From Cetorhinus maximus (lineage: Eukaryota), in the NCBI RefSeq assembly GCF_964194155.1, contig NC_135901.1:31186001-31250000 (forward strand): DNA of 64,000 nt. The letters run 5' to 3'. How positions within the stretch are numbered: position 1 is the stretch's first letter; each line of letters opens with the position of its first letter. The notes under the pieces are model-generated. The model saw nothing but the letters and a program-made list of their open reading frames with translations, made no database searches and was not told where the DNA came from. Position numbers and translations under genes: made by a program. This document shows positions 35,085-48,300 of the stretch, in pieces.

Positions 35085-35790
35085 ATCATAAGCAATAGGA
35101 GCAGTATGAGGCCATTCGGCCCATTGAGCCTGCTTGGACATTCAATGAGATCATGGCTGATCTACCTCAGCACCAGTTTCCCACACAATCCCCAATATCC
35201 CTTAATATCTTCACTATCTAAAACCTGTCAATCTCTGTCTTGAATATATTTAATGACTGAGCCTCCACAGTTCTCTGGGGTTGAGAATTCTAAAGCTTCA
35301 CCAGTCCCTGAGTGAAGGAATTCCTCCTCATCTCACCTTTAACTCCATTTTCCAGCCTGTCTCACATAACACTCAACACCCTGGGCAATCAAAAATCGGT
35401 CTAACTCATCCTTGAATATATTCAATGACCCGGCCTCCACTGGTTCTTGCGGAAGAGAATTCCAACATGCTGATACACCAGCGAGTTCACTCCGGCGAGA
35501 GGCCATTCCCCTGCTCTGAGTGTGGGAACGACCTTCTGAGGGAAGAAATTCCTCATCTCCATCTTCAATGGGAGACACCCTCTTTTTAAAATGTGTTCCT
35601 ATTTCTAAACTCCCCAATGAGTGGAAACATCCTCCCAACATCTACCCTGTCAAGCTGCCTCAGAATCCGATATCTTTCAATAAGGTCACCTCCCATTCTT
35701 CTCAACTCCAATTTGTATTGGCCCAACCTGCTCAATGTTTCCTCATAAGGCAACCCCTTTATCCAAGGAATCAGCCCAGTGAAGCTTCAC
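35085..35790 (-). mobile_element. CR1 3' end fragments (intron of ZNF G) containing a captured zinc-finger fragment
   Basis: WNSLPQEPVEAGSLNIFKDELDRFL plus CR1 3' UTR. Zinc-finger-coding piece at 35461-35528. Confidence 0.7.
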
Positions 35791-36389
35791 TGTTTTTATA
35801 TTTCTTGTTAGTTGTCGGTCATACTCCATTTTCACTCTCTTCATTTCTTTTTGTGATGCTTTGCTGGTGTCTAAGGTTTTTTCAAACTTCTGGCCCACCA
35901 CTAATCTTTGCAGCATTGAAAATCAACAACCATGCTGCTAGTCTTAACTATATGCCTGTGCCCATAGTAATGGGCTAAGTGTAATATACAGTACAGGATT
36001 ATTTGACCAGAGATATAGGTGGGATGTGAGGAAGGACTTTATTTCAGCAGCAGGCGGTCATGTCCTGGAACTTGCTGCCTCTGAGGATGGTAGAAGTGGA
36101 GACAATTTCAAAATGAAATTGGATGGACACTTGAAGGAAATAATCTTGCAAGGGGATGGGGATATAGAGCGGAATGGGACTGACTGGATAGCTCCACACA
36201 GAGTCGGCATGGACTCGAGGTACCGAAAGGGCTCCTTCTGTGCCGTAATGATTCTAGGACTGAAATAAGTAACGTAGCTACAGTACTATATTACAAGACT
36301 AGAAATAATAATAAACGTATTTTGATAAAGGGCCATAAATAATATATCTAATATGCACCACATAACAACACTAGACATATCTCTGTCCT

Positions 36390-37330
36390 ATATTAATTTA
36401 CTGCCCCCTTAAATGTCAGCCATCTCCTGGGGAAACCACCCCTTTAATTGTAAACATTAGGAAAGAGACCATCCTTTTAGCCAGACAAATAAATGTGTCA
36501 AGCTGAGGGAGCAAAGGATGTCAATGTCTTTAAGAGAGAGAGAGAGAGAGACCTGGGCCAACCTTTCCAGAGTCTGCACCCTCCCTGGATTCACTTCCTT
36601 TTCCTTCAGTTCCTGCAAGTCAACAATTTCCCCCCAGAATGAGAAAAGAAATGGAAAGGGGGAGAAAAGAAAGTGTTTTACTCACAGATGTTGGACACAA
36701 GAGGAAGTTTTAGTCTGTGTGAAGCTCAATCTTGATTTACACAAAGCCCGCGCTCTGATTGGCTGGAGGACCAGAGTCCTTCCGGTCCTCCTACTTTCCC
36801 CATTGGTCAATTCCCCGCCTGAAGACAATGGGGCAGCGGAAGCCATGTCGGGGCGCCGGAAACCCTTTGATCCTCATGACGAAATGAGCGGCTGGCCAAT
36901 GAGCACCACCATTCCCCACACATGCGCACCTTCCCCTCTCCCTCGGACATGCGCAGTCCCGGGCCGCCCGTCCGCGCGGTGGATAGAGCGGTCTCCGCAG
37001 CGCGGGGGATTGTGGGAACTGCGGCCGCCATTACCCATCCGGAGCCCAGTCTCCAAACTCCTGGGACTGGGATGGAAAGTGGGGGTGGGGGGCGCAGTGA
37101 CCCTGACACAGAGTACATGTGGGTAGTCACTGGATTTGATTGTGACGCCCCCTTAGCAAAACAGTTTGTTAACTTCAGGTGGAAAGATTTAGACACCTGG
37201 GTGACATATTGGGGAAGGCAACAGGTGAGTGTGAAACTGAACCCGAGAGTCAGCACCTTCAGGGGAGGAGAATTGAGGGAAAAGCAGGAGGAGGATAGTC
37301 GGATGAACTATAGTTACAATCAATAGGGAG
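36390..37330. promoter_or_regulatory. Bidirectional promoter module P4 (type beta) upstream of ZNF G
   Basis: Shared exon/GA arm on the - strand with a different CpG core: NRF1-like CATGCGCA x2, CCAAT, and a ZNF143/Staf-like site (revcomp TTCCCACAATCCCCCGCG, 37001-37018). Donor cag|GTGAGT at 37225 on +. The + partner is cut off by CR1 at ~37445. Confidence 0.7.
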
Positions 37331-38517
37331 GAGGGAGTGTGTGGGGGACAGAGATTTATAGTTTTAGAGGGAGCAACATGTTTCAAGACAAGTAGAATTC
37401 TCAGTTCAAAATTTCTATCGTGTACTGATAGTGATGACTTGATGACACCAACCCTGTCACCCCCTGTCATAATCTTAAAGTCCTCTATCAGGTCAGCCCT
37501 CAGCCTTCTCTTTTCCAGAGAAAATATTCCCAGCCTGTTCAATCTATCCTGTAACTTAAACACTCTCAGTTCTGGTATCATCCTTGTGAATGTTTCTTGC
37601 ACCTTCTCGAGGCTCTCTCTCAATGTTAGAAGGGTACATAAATAAAATTGGTTGCAGGCGCCTAATTACTCGGTTCCAAATTGAACCCCTAAATTTCATA
37701 TTGACCCTCTCAAATGCTTTAATTTGAAAAAGACTTAACCATCAGGCAAGATAGGACCCTGAAATGGCAAATCATATCAATGTTTATTTTTTAAAAAGTT
37801 TACTTATGAAATACCCGAGATACTTTCCCCAACTCAATTGGGCACCCACCCCAGGGAGAAGTGTGACTCTTCCTCAGGTTCTTGAACCATCAGCGATTTC
37901 CCACAATCCTGCCCCAGGGGACACTCAGTACCTCCACAGCTAGAGACCAACTCGCAAACCCAAAATAGTTCTTGAAACCCACTTTTAATCCTTAAATTAG
38001 CATTACCACATTTCGAATGAGGCTTGTTGTCATTAGAATATTGATCAATGTTGTTGCTGGGTTAAGTTTATTGGATTTAACCATTTCCGTACATTGTTCC
38101 ATAGAGCAGAACAGTGAAATTGTTGTTGCGTCCAGAGACAGCTACAGGAAGGGTGCTGACTGTAATCGGCCATGTTCGATGTTTAAATATACAGAAGAGT
38201 GGAGACATTGTTACATTGGTCACACTGAGCTGAACTGAAACCCGTCTCTTTAAATGCAGATACAGGGAAGAGGCTGAAATGAAATCTGTCCTTTTTAACC
38301 TGCACAAAAGCAGGAGGCTCAGATTCACAGGCTGCAGGAGTCCATTCGGCCCATCATACCCCTGCCATCTCTTTGAAAGGGCTTGTTGATTCATCCAACT
38401 GCTCTGCTCTTTCCCCACAGCCCTGCAAATTCTTCCCCTTCAAGTATTTACCCTTTTGGAAAAATACTACTGAATCTGCTTTCAGGCAGATCAGAACAAC
38501 TCGCTGCATCAAAAAAA

Positions 38518-40165
38518 CACAGAAATATAGAAACTTGGAGCAGGAGTAGGCCATTCGGCCCTTCGAGCCTGCTCCCCCATTCATTCTGATCATGGCTGAT
38601 CATCCAACTCAATAGCCTGCTCCCGCTTTCTCCCCATACTCTTCGATCCCTTTCGCCCCAAGAGCTATATCTAACGCCTTCTTGAAAGCATACAATGTAT
38701 TGGTCTCAACTACTTTCTGTGATAGCGAATTCCACAGGCTCACCACGCTCTGGGTGAAGAAATTTCTCCTCATCTCAGTCCTAAATGGTCAACCCCATAT
38801 CCTCAGACTGTGACCCCTGGTTCTGGACTCCCTCACCATCGGGAACATTCTTTCTGCATCCACCCTGTCTAGTCCTGTTAGAATTTAATAGGTTTCTATG
38901 AGATTACCCCTCATTCTTCTGAACTCCAGCGAATATAATCCTAATCGACTCAATATCTCCTCATATGTCAGTCCCGCCATCCCAGGAATCAGTCGGGTAA
39001 ACCTTCGCTGCACTCCCTCTATAGCAAGAACATCCTTCCTCAGATAAGGAGACCAAAACTGCACACAATATTCCAGGCACTGTACAATTGCAACAAGACA
39101 TCCCTGTTCCTGTACTCGAATCCTCTGGCTATGAAGGCCAACATACCATTTGCCTTCTTTACCGCCGGCTGCACCTGCATGCTTACCTTCAGCGGCTGGT
39201 GTACAAGGACACCCAGGTCTTGTTGCACATTCCCCGCTCTCAATTTATAGCCATTTAGATAATAATCTGCCTTCCTGTTTTTGCTACCAAAATGGATAAC
39301 CTCACATTTATCCACATTATACTGCACCTGCCATGCATTTGCCCACTCACTCAGCTTGTCCAAATCACACTGAAGCATCTCTGCATCCTCCTCACAGCTC
39401 ACCTTCCCACCCAGCTTTGTGTCATCTGCAAATTTTGAGGTATTACTTTTAATTCCCTCATCCAAATCATTAATATATATTGTGAATAAATGGGGTCCCA
39501 GCACCGATCCCTGCGGTACCCCGCTAGTCACTGCCTGCCATTCGGAAAAAGACCCGTTTATTCCTACTCTTTTGTTTCCTGTCTGCCAATCAATTTTCTA
39601 TCCATCTCAATATACTACCCCCAATCCCTTGCACTTTAATTTTACACGCCAATCTCTTACGTGGGACTTTGTTGAAAGCCTTCTGAAAGTCCAAATAAAC
39701 CAGGTCCAATGGCTCCCCCTCATCAACTCTACTAGTTACATCCTTGAAAAATTCCAGTAGATTTGTCAAGCATGATATCTCTTTCACAAATCCATGCTGA
39801 CTCTGTCCGATTCTGCCACTGTTTTCCACATGCTCAGCTATTAAATCTTTTATAATGGATTCTAGAATTTTCCCCACTACCGACGTCAGGCTGACTGGTC
39901 TATAATTCCCTGTTTTCTCTCTGTCTCCCTTTTTAAATAGTGGGGTTACATTAGGTACCCTCCAATCTGTAGGAACTGTTCTAGAGTATATAGAATCTCG
40001 GATGATGACCACCAATTCACTATTTCTAGGACCACTTCCTTAAGTACTCTGGGATGTAGATTATCAAGCCCTGGGGACTTATCAGCCTTTAATCTCATCA
40101 ATTTCCCCAACACCATTTCCCTACTAATACTGATTTCTTTCAGTTCCTCCCTCTCACTAAACCCT
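38518..40165 (-). mobile_element. 5'-truncated CR1 LINE (RT plus 3' UTR)
   Basis: ORFs 39590-40015 and 39040-39531 (NYRPVSLTS, GVPQGSVLGP, FADD). Absent from the paralogous site at ~54690. Possible TCAAAAAA TSD. Confidence 0.88.
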
Positions 40166-40461
40166 CAAAAAATCTCATCTCCCCCTCTGGCTCCTTTGCC
40201 AATTAACTTAGAGGGACTCACTTTCTGTCAAAGAGCCTGCCAACCCCTCTCACCCACTTTCCCTAAAGTGCAGAAATCTAATCATGAAAAGTCCAGAAAA
40301 ATCAAATATTTTTAAAGATAAAAGTTTATTCATGAAATTGAACATGGTTAAAAGAAAACAGAAAATTACTTGAGGATCAAAGCCAACCAGAGTAAAAGGA
40401 TGTGCACAATGTTCTGGACCCAAATAGTTTCTCTTTAATTCATCTGTCCCCTGTTCGCTGC

Positions 40462-41745
40462 CCTCTTTGTGGAACACCTCCGCTCAGTCCAAAAGCATGA
40501 CCCTGACCTTCCAGTAGCTGCCATTATAATTCAGCACCTTGCTCTCATGCTCACATTTCTGTCCTCGGCCTGCTGCAATGTTCCCGAGAAGCCCAACACA
40601 AGCTGGACGAACAGCACCTCATCCTCCGATGAGGCACTTTACAGCCTTCTGGACTCAGCATTGAGTTCAACAACTTCAGACTGTCAACTCTGTCCTCTGT
40701 TTGGATCTATTTTTTGTGGCTGCGTTTGCCGCCAACGCTCAGTCTTACCGCTTCACGCAGTGATGTCATTGTGAGTGACGGAGATCAGAACTGTACTCAT
40801 TCCCCCAGCCTCAGTGTGATACTCATCCTCTCCAGTTAGTTTCTCCCTGTTTTTAAACCAATTTCAAACTTGCAGTAATCCTAATGAGAACTGAAACTGA
40901 AGAACAAAATTCAATAAACAATCCTACAGAGTGGATTTTGGACCCAGAAAGGGCTATTTCATTCAGAACAAAATCCAATACCCATTTTCCCCTTGGTCAT
41001 TTCCTTTAGCTTTCTCTGTTTCCATGGTGTATTTTCAGTTCTATTATATACAAACCCTGGCAGCTCACTCATCAATACCTGAAACATTTTACTGTTCTCT
41101 GCACTAAGTTTTTTTTAACATAGACGCAAATACAATCCACTGTTTTCTCTTCCACAATCTGTAACGTACACAGTTTTGTTAACAATAACCACGGAAATGT
41201 GTGGTTTTACTTTCCAATGTTTTTAAACGGACTGCGTTTACTGCAGGTGCATCCGGCCAATGACGTTATTAGTGTTGAGTGCTCACACAGACAAGTGCAC
41301 ATGTGCAGACGGGTATTGGCGGCCATCTTGTGCAGCCATCTTATGCGGCCATCTTGCGTTGACAGGAGACACGGTGTTTTTTAACCAAGTGCCAGTCTGT
41401 ATCTCATTGTCATGATTTTTGCTTTCAGACAGAGCTGTCCCTTATTCTGCCATTAACACTTACTCTGGACCAATGCTTTGTTTCTTTACTACATCCATTA
41501 CCTCTCCCTTTACATTTGGTTCCATGACATTTTTGACATTTAATCTTGCCCGCCCTCTAACCAATCCCTGACTTTTCCTCTTGTTCTACCTGACCCTCCC
41601 CCCTTTCTCAACAGCATCAAACCCATCACATTTCTCCCACTCTGAAATTCTGAAGAAGAGTCATATTGGACTCGTATATGAAATCTGTTTCTCTCTGCAC
41701 AGATGCTGCCAGGCCTTTCCAGCATTTTCTGTATTTATTTTAGAT
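40462..41745 (+). mobile_element. Penelope-like element 3' remnant (paralog of 6615-7850, inverted)
   Basis: GIY-YIG C-terminal text at 40465-40680; CTGAAGAAGAGTC...GACTCG at ~41650. Confidence 0.72.
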
Positions 41746-42006
41746 CTGCCTGTGGTGGTAGAAAAACCCTATTTACTATCCAGGATAAAATAAATCTATT
41801 TTGTCAGCTTTTGCAGATCATTTCAGCAGAAACGTGAATTCCCAGGCTCAAAGATCATCAGACCAATGGAAGCAAATTCATGAGACCAGCCAGTCCAGCA
41901 GAAAGAAACCCTCCGACCCTCCCACTTCACCAAGTGTCAGAATGAACATGGTTCAGTCCTGGATGTGATTAACAGCAGCAATAACAGCAGAATCCAACTC
42001 CTGGAA

Positions 42007-42765
42007 TCACTTGTGAACTCGCTGGTGTCTCAGCAAGTGCGATGAGTGAGTGAATCCCTTCCCACACTGAGTGCAGATGAACGGCCTCTCTCCAGTGTGA
42101 ACTCGCTGGTGTGTCTGCAGATTGGATGAATGAGTGAATCCCTTCCCACACTCAGTGCAGGTGAACGGTCTCTGCCCGGTGTGAACTCGCTTGTGGGTCT
42201 GCAGGCTGTATGAGTCAGTGAATCCCTTCCTGCACTCAGCGCAGGTGAAGGGCCTGTCCCCGGTGTGAATTCGCTGGTGTGCCAGCAGGGTGGATGAAAC
42301 AGTGAATCCCTTCCCACACTCAGAACAGGTGAATGGCCTCTCCCCGCTGTGAACTCGCTGGTGTTTTCTAAGGTCAGATGAATTACTGAATCCTTTCCCA
42401 CACTCAGAGCAGGTGAACGGCCTCTCCCCGCTGTGAACTCGCTGGTGTGTCTGCAGATGGGTTGAAATACTGAATCCCTTCCCACACTCAGAACAAGTGA
42501 ATGGCTTTTCCCCGGTGTGAACTCGCTGATGCCTCTGGAAGTTGGATGAATCACTGAATCCCATCCCACACTCAGAGCAGGTGAAGGGCCTCTCCCCGGT
42601 GTGAACTCGCTGGTGGGTCCGCAGGGTGGAAGGAGCAGTGAATCCCTTCCCACACTCAGGGCAGGTGAACGGCCTCTCCCCGGTGTGACTGCGTCGATGC
42701 GTTTCCAGCTTCGATGGGGTTTTGAATCCCTTCCCACAGTCCCCACATTTCCATGGTTTCTCCAT
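42007..42765 (-). CDS. C2H2 zinc-finger protein H (9 intact fingers)
   Basis: Start gcacc[14 protein letters not shown]...HQRVHK*. Family 3' UTR at 41735-42006. Confidence 0.85.
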   Translation of the reverse strand: MEKPWKCGDCGKGFKTPSKLETHRRSHTGERPFTCPECGKGFTAPSTLRTHQRVHTGERPFTCSECGMGFSDSSNFQRHQRVHTGEKPFTCSECGKGFSISTHLQTHQRVHSGERPFTCSECGKGFSNSSDLRKHQRVHSGERPFTCSECGKGFTVSSTLLAHQRIHTGDRPFTCAECRKGFTDSYSLQTHKRVHTGQRPFTCTECGKGFTHSSNLQTHQRVHTGERPFICTQCGKGFTHSSHLLRHQRVHK

Positions 42766-44129
42766 GGTGCGCGTGTCCTTGTGTCTCTCCAGGTTCAACA
42801 ATCACTTGAAGCCTCGTCCTCACACAGAACACATGAACGGTCTCTCTCCACTGTGAATGGTGTGATGTTTTTTCAGGCTGTGTAACTGGTTTAAGCTCTT
42901 TCCACAGTCAGTGCACTGGAAGACTCTCACTCAGGTGTGTGTGTCTCAGTGCTTTTCCGGCCACACTGATGTTTAAAATATTTTGAAGCAGACAGAACAA
43001 AACATTTCTCCTTCTAGGTTCAAAGGCCAGTGATATTCAGGTTGCGATCAATCAAGTGACTGTCAGATTTTGACGTGAAGTTTGGTTTGAGATTTCAGTC
43101 TGCAAATCCACCCCTTCTAATATCCTGTAAAAGGAGTTTATAAAATACATCACTGTCAGTACAGGATAGAAATTCAGAACAATTTTAGGTTCTGTGGTGT
43201 ACTCTCTCATTCCCCAAAAGCTGTTAGTCTCCTTAGCACACACTCTCCCTACATTCCAACTCTGCTATACTTTCTCTCCATTCTCATTCTGCTGTATCTA
43301 ATATATACACAACAGTACTGCACCTAAAGAGTGTGAAATGTACAGAACTCTTACATGATTAGAGACACTTGGGGCTGTGAGGGAGAACTTTATTTTGACA
43401 GCAAGTGGTGTTGATCTGTAACTCGCTGCCTATGAGGGTGGAAGAAGTGGAGGCGATCAATGATTTCAAAATGAAATTGGATGGGCACTTGAAGGAAATA
43501 AACTTGCAGAGGAACGGGGATATAGAGGGGGAATGGGACTGACTGGATTGCTCTACAGAGAGTCGGCATGGACTCAGATTACTGAATCGACTCCCTTCTG
43601 TGCTGTAATGACTCTATGACTGGAAATAAATAACATAGCTACAGCACTATATTACAAGACTAGAAATAATAATAAATGTGCTTTATTACAGAAAAATAAA
43701 TATACAAAATCAGACATATTACAATATTTTCTGAGGTGCACAATTCCTCTGAAGTAAAATAAGGGACACTTCAGCCGCGGGGCTGGAGGCATGGGTGAGG
43801 GAGTGGGTGGTGACAGAGAGAGTAGGTTGCGAGGGGGGGTTGTGTTTCAATGTGAGATGGGGGTAGGGGTGGAGAGGAGGGGCCTTGTGACAATAATAGT
43901 GAGAGGGGTGAGGGTTAAAATCAACTAAATCTTACAATTCATCTTGTTCAGTCACAACATCATCATCTCTCTATGGCCGACTCACTGACTTACCGTCCCA
44001 CTCAAATCACTCAAACTCACCCTGAAGACTCCCAGGATCAGTTTCCCACAGGTTGTCCTAGAAAAACGAGACAAAAGAGAAAATCAGGAGCAATCCCTTA
44101 AAATACAGGACAGTTAATCACCCTGAAAT

Positions 44130-44908
44130 TGTCCCCTTAAATGTCAGCCATCTCCTGGGGAAACCACCCCTTTAATTGTGAACATTAGGAAAGAGACCAT
44201 CCTTTTAGCCAGACAAATAAATGTGTCAAGCTGAGGGAGCAAAGGATGTCAATGTCTTTAAGAGAGAGAGAGAAAGACCTGGGCCAACCTTTCCAGAGTC
44301 TGCACCCTCCCTGGATTCACTTCCTTTCCCTTCAGTTCCTGCAAGTCAACAATTTCCCCCAGAATGAGAAAAGAAATGGAAAGGGGCAGAAAAGAAAGTG
44401 TTTTACTCACAGATGTTGGACACAGGAGGAAGTTTTAGTCTGGGTGAAGCTCAATCTTCATTCACACAAAGCCCGCACTCTGATTGGCTAGAGGACCAGA
44501 GTCCTTCCGGTTCTCCATCTCACCCCATTGGTCAGTCTCCGGCGTGCAGACAATGGGGTAGCGGAAGCCTTCGCGAGCGCGGCGGATACTTTGATCCCCA
44601 TGACGATTTCCGTGTTTGGCCAATGGGAATAGACATAACCTGCGCATGCGCACATTCCACTCACCCTCGGACATGCGCAGTCCCGGTCCGCCCGCCCGCG
44701 CGGCGGATAGAGCGGTTTCCCAAGCGCGGTGGATTGTGGGGGCTGCGGCCGCCATTACTCATCAGGAGCCCAGTCTCCAAACTCCTGGGACTGGGATGGA
44801 AAGTGGGGGTGAGGGGCGCAGTGACCCCGCCCTGACACAAAGTACATGTGGGTAGTCACTGGATTTGATTGTGACGTCCCCTTAGCAAAACAGTTAGTTA
44901 ACTTCAGA
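44130..44908. promoter_or_regulatory. Bidirectional promoter module P5 (type beta) upstream of ZNF H
   Basis: Homologous to P4 and P6. Contains a perfect TGCGCATGCGCA (NRF1 consensus) at 44641-44652 and CCAAT boxes. Confidence 0.7.
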
Positions 44909-46042
44909 CATAAGAAGGTTCAGACACTTGGTATCGATGGAGAGGTTGTAAACTGGATTCGAAATTGGCTGTGTGGGAGAAGACAGAGAGTGGTAGTGGA
45001 TGATTGCTTCTCAGACTGGAGGTCTGTGACTAGTGGTGTGCCTCAGGGGTCTGTGCTGGGACCATTGTTGTTTGTTGTCTATATCAATGATTTGGATGAT
45101 AATGTGGTGAATTGGATCAGCAAGTTTGCTGATGACACTAAGATTGGAGGCGTTGTGGACAGCGAGGAAGGCTTTCAAAGCTTGCAGACAGATCTGGACC
45201 AACTGGAAAAATGGGCCAGAAAATGGCAGATGGAATTTAATGCGGATAAGTGTGAGGTGTTACATTTTGGAAGGTCAAACCAAGGTAGGACATACACAGT
45301 AAATGGTAGGGCACTGCGGAGTGCGGAGGAACAAAGGGATCTGGGAGTTCAGATACATAATTCCCTGAAAGTGGCGTCACAGGTAGACAAGGTTGTAAAG
45401 AAAGTTTGTGGCATACTGGCCTTCATAAATCAAAGTATTGAGTATAGGAGTTGGGATGTTATGGTGAGGTTGCATAAGACATTGGTGAGGCCAACTTTGA
45501 AGTATTGTGTGCAGTTCTGGTCGCCTAACTACAGGAAAGATATCAGTAAGATCAAGAGAGTGCAGAGAAGATTTACTAGGGTGTTGCCGGGTCTTAAGGA
45601 GTTGAGTTACAGGGAAAGATTAAACAGGTTAGGACTTTATTCCTTGGAGCATAGAAGAATGAGGGGAGATATGATAGAAGTTTATAAAATTATGAGGGGT
45701 ATAGACAGAGTAAATGCGAGTAGGCTCTTCCACTTAGATTAGGAGAAATAAACACGAGAGGACATGGCTTTAGGGTGAAAGGGGAAAGGTTTAGGGGGAA
45801 TATTAGGGGGAACTTCTTCACTCAGAGAGTGGTGAGAGTGTGGAATGAGCTACCATCTGACATGGTAAATGCGGGCTCACTCTTAAGTTTTAAGAATAAA
45901 TTAGATAGATACATGGATGGGAGATGTCTGGAGGGTTATGGACTAGGTGCAGGTCAATGGGACTAGCGGAATAATATTTCGGCACAGACTAGAAGGGCCG
46001 AATGGCCTGTTTTCTGTGCTCTTCTATGGTTCTATGGTTCTA
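44909..46042 (+). mobile_element. Relatively young 5'-truncated CR1 LINE inserted in the beta arm of P5
   Basis: Uninterrupted RT text in ORF 44846-45742; 3' tail (TTCTATGG)n. The empty site AACTTCAGGTGGAAAGATTTAGACACC is at ~37171-37197. Confidence 0.9.
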
Positions 46043-46249
46043 TAAATATTTAGACACCTGGGTGACAGATCGGGAAGGGCAACAGGTGAGTGTGAAACTG
46101 AACCCGAGAGTCAGCACCCTCAGGGTTGGAGAGTTGGGGAAAATGCAGGAGGAGAAAAGTAGGATAAACAAGTGTTACAATGAATAGAGAAGAGGGAGCC
46201 TGTTGGAGGGAGGCCAGAGATTTATAGTTTGAGAGGGGGACGGATGCAA

Positions 46250-46975
46250 ACCAAACATCACGTTCAGACCTGATAGCATCACTCAACTCGGACCTGACTA
46301 TCATAAGCCTTTGAATGCCGAATGAGAAATGATTTGTCTATCTATCTACCTTAAGGGTTTCAGCGATCTGTGTGAGGCTTCAATTGGTCATCCAGCTTGG
46401 TGATGGACAACTGTAACCCGACAGGGGATGAACTTTGCAAACAAGGCAGTGTGAGGGGCCTTGGGAAAGCAACCAAGCTGGAAAATCAACCGTGCAGTCA
46501 CAGTGGGGAGAAGCCATTCACCTGCTCCGTATGTGGGAGGGGATTCATTTGCTCAGTCACCCTGCTTAGTCACTAATTAGTTCACACTGTGGAGAGGCCC
46601 TTTGCTCGCTCCCAGTGTGTGAAGAGGTTCACGGATTCCTCTCACCTGCTGGGACACCACGAGAGGCCAGTCACCTGCTCTGAATGTTGGAAGGGATTCA
46701 CTCACTCATTGAGCTTGATAACATAACAATGAGCTCATACCAGAGAGAGACCAGTCACCTGATCCAACTCGGAAGGGATTCACTCAGTCAGCCAAGCTGC
46801 TAGCAAACCAGTGAGTTCACACTAGGGAGAGACATTTAAATGTTCCATGTGTGTGAACGAATTCAACCAATCCTCCAGCCTGTTGATACACCAGTGATTT
46901 CACTCCATGGAAAGGCTGTTTGAAAGTTCACTCGCTCGTCCCACCTCCAGACCCAACAGTGAATTCATGTTTGAC
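46250..46975 (+). pseudogene. Highly degenerate C2H2 zinc-finger pseudogene I
   Basis: Recognisable GAGAAGCCATTCACCTGC...GGGATTCA finger repeats with stops and indels, followed by the start of the family 3' UTR (GGGTTGGATTCTGCTGTTATTG). Confidence 0.7.
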
Positions 46976-47054
46976 TGCCGGGGTTGGATTCTGCTGTTAT
47001 TGATGCTGCTAATCACATCCAGGACTGAACCATGTTCATTCTGACATTTGGGGT

Positions 47055-47835
47055 TTGTGAGAAAATCTGAAGTTGTCCATTTTGGCAGGGAGAATATAAG
47101 AGAAGCATATTATTTAAATGATGAGAGATTGCAGAGCGCCGAGATGCAGATGGATTCGGGTGTCTTAGTGCATGAATCGCAAAATGTAAGTACAGCAAAT
47201 AATTAGGAAAGCTAATAGAATGTTATCATCTGTTGTGAGGGGAATTGAATACAAAAGTAGGGAAGTTATACTTCAGTTATACACAGCACTTGTGAGAGCA
47301 TATCTGGAGTACTGTATACTGTATTGGTCGCCTTATTTAAGGAAGTATGTAAATGTAAAAGGATGAAGAAGTTCAGAGAAGGTTTACCAGACTAATATCT
47401 GGAATGGGTGGGTTGTCTTATGAGGAAAGGTTGGACAGGCTGGGCTTGTATCCGCTGGAGTTTAGAAGGGCAACAGGCGACTTAATTGAAACCTTTCAGA
47501 CCCTGAGGGGTCTTCACAGGACGGGTGTGGAGAGGATGTTTCTTCTTATAGGAGAATCTAGAACTAGAGAGTCAATGTGTTAAAATAAGCGGTTGCCCAC
47601 TTAACACAGAGATGAGGCGAATTTTTTTCTTTCAGGGGGTTGTAAACCTTTGGAACTCTCTCCCTGAAAAGGCAGTGGAATCAGAGCCTTTGAACATTTT
47701 AAAGGCAGAGGCGGATAGGTTCTTGGTAAGCAATGGGGCGATAGGTTATTGAGGGTAGGCAGGATGCAGATGTGAGGTTACTATCAGGTCAGCCATGATC
47801 TTAGTAAATGATGGAGCAGGCTCGAGGGGCTGCGC
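47055..47835 (+). mobile_element. Degraded CR1 3' fragment
   Basis: CR1 RT C-terminal and 3' UTR text, similar to 31640-32340. Confidence 0.75.
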
Positions 47836-48029
47836 TGGAGCGTAATAATCCAGATAAATATCAAATAAATCAGCTTTGTTTTGGACACACAGTTTGTCAA
47901 GTCCTTGATGTCAGTGAAATGAGAAAAGGTAGGTTTTAAGCAGAATCTTAAAGGAGGAGAGAGAAGTGGAGGGGTTAAGGGAGGGAATTCCAGAGCTCAG
48001 GAACCTGGCAGCTAAAGACTGAAAGAGTA

Positions 48030-48125
48030 TCAGCCCTCGATTATTGGGGACTCGAGTCTGTGGAGTGGGGACTTGAACCCACGACCTTCAGACTCAGAGG
48101 CGAGTGTATGAGACTGACTAAGCCC
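48030..48125 (-). mobile_element. tRNA-derived SINE head (DeuSINE/SacSINE-like), next to an L2-like fragment
   Basis: GGAGTGGGACTTGAACCCACGACCTTCAGACTCAGAGGCGAG; its reverse complement carries the B box GGTTCAAGTCC. Matches 57700-57770. Confidence 0.6.
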
Positions 48126-48300
48126 TGGTGTTCGAGGAAGTGATGTGAAGTCTCAGCTGCCTCATCCTTTCTCTGTACTTTGCCCCATTCCAGGATCAGC
48201 AGATCGAGCTGAGGATCTGGGCAACAATTAAAAAGGGGCAAGAAGAAAGTTACGAGAATAAACTTCTTCACCCAGAGAGTGGTGAGAATGTGGCACTCGC

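Noticed and set aside
42030-42746. Long alternative-frame ORFs over ZNF genes (also 63020-63652, 33675-34475)
   Set aside because: A known by-product of repetitive C2H2 codon usage; they start at non-ATG codons and have no independent support.
44846-45742. Promoter-fused, domesticated reverse transcriptase gene
   Set aside because: A 5'-truncated young CR1 lacking the N-terminal RT motifs, in frame with an upstream ATG probably by chance; no sign of domestication.
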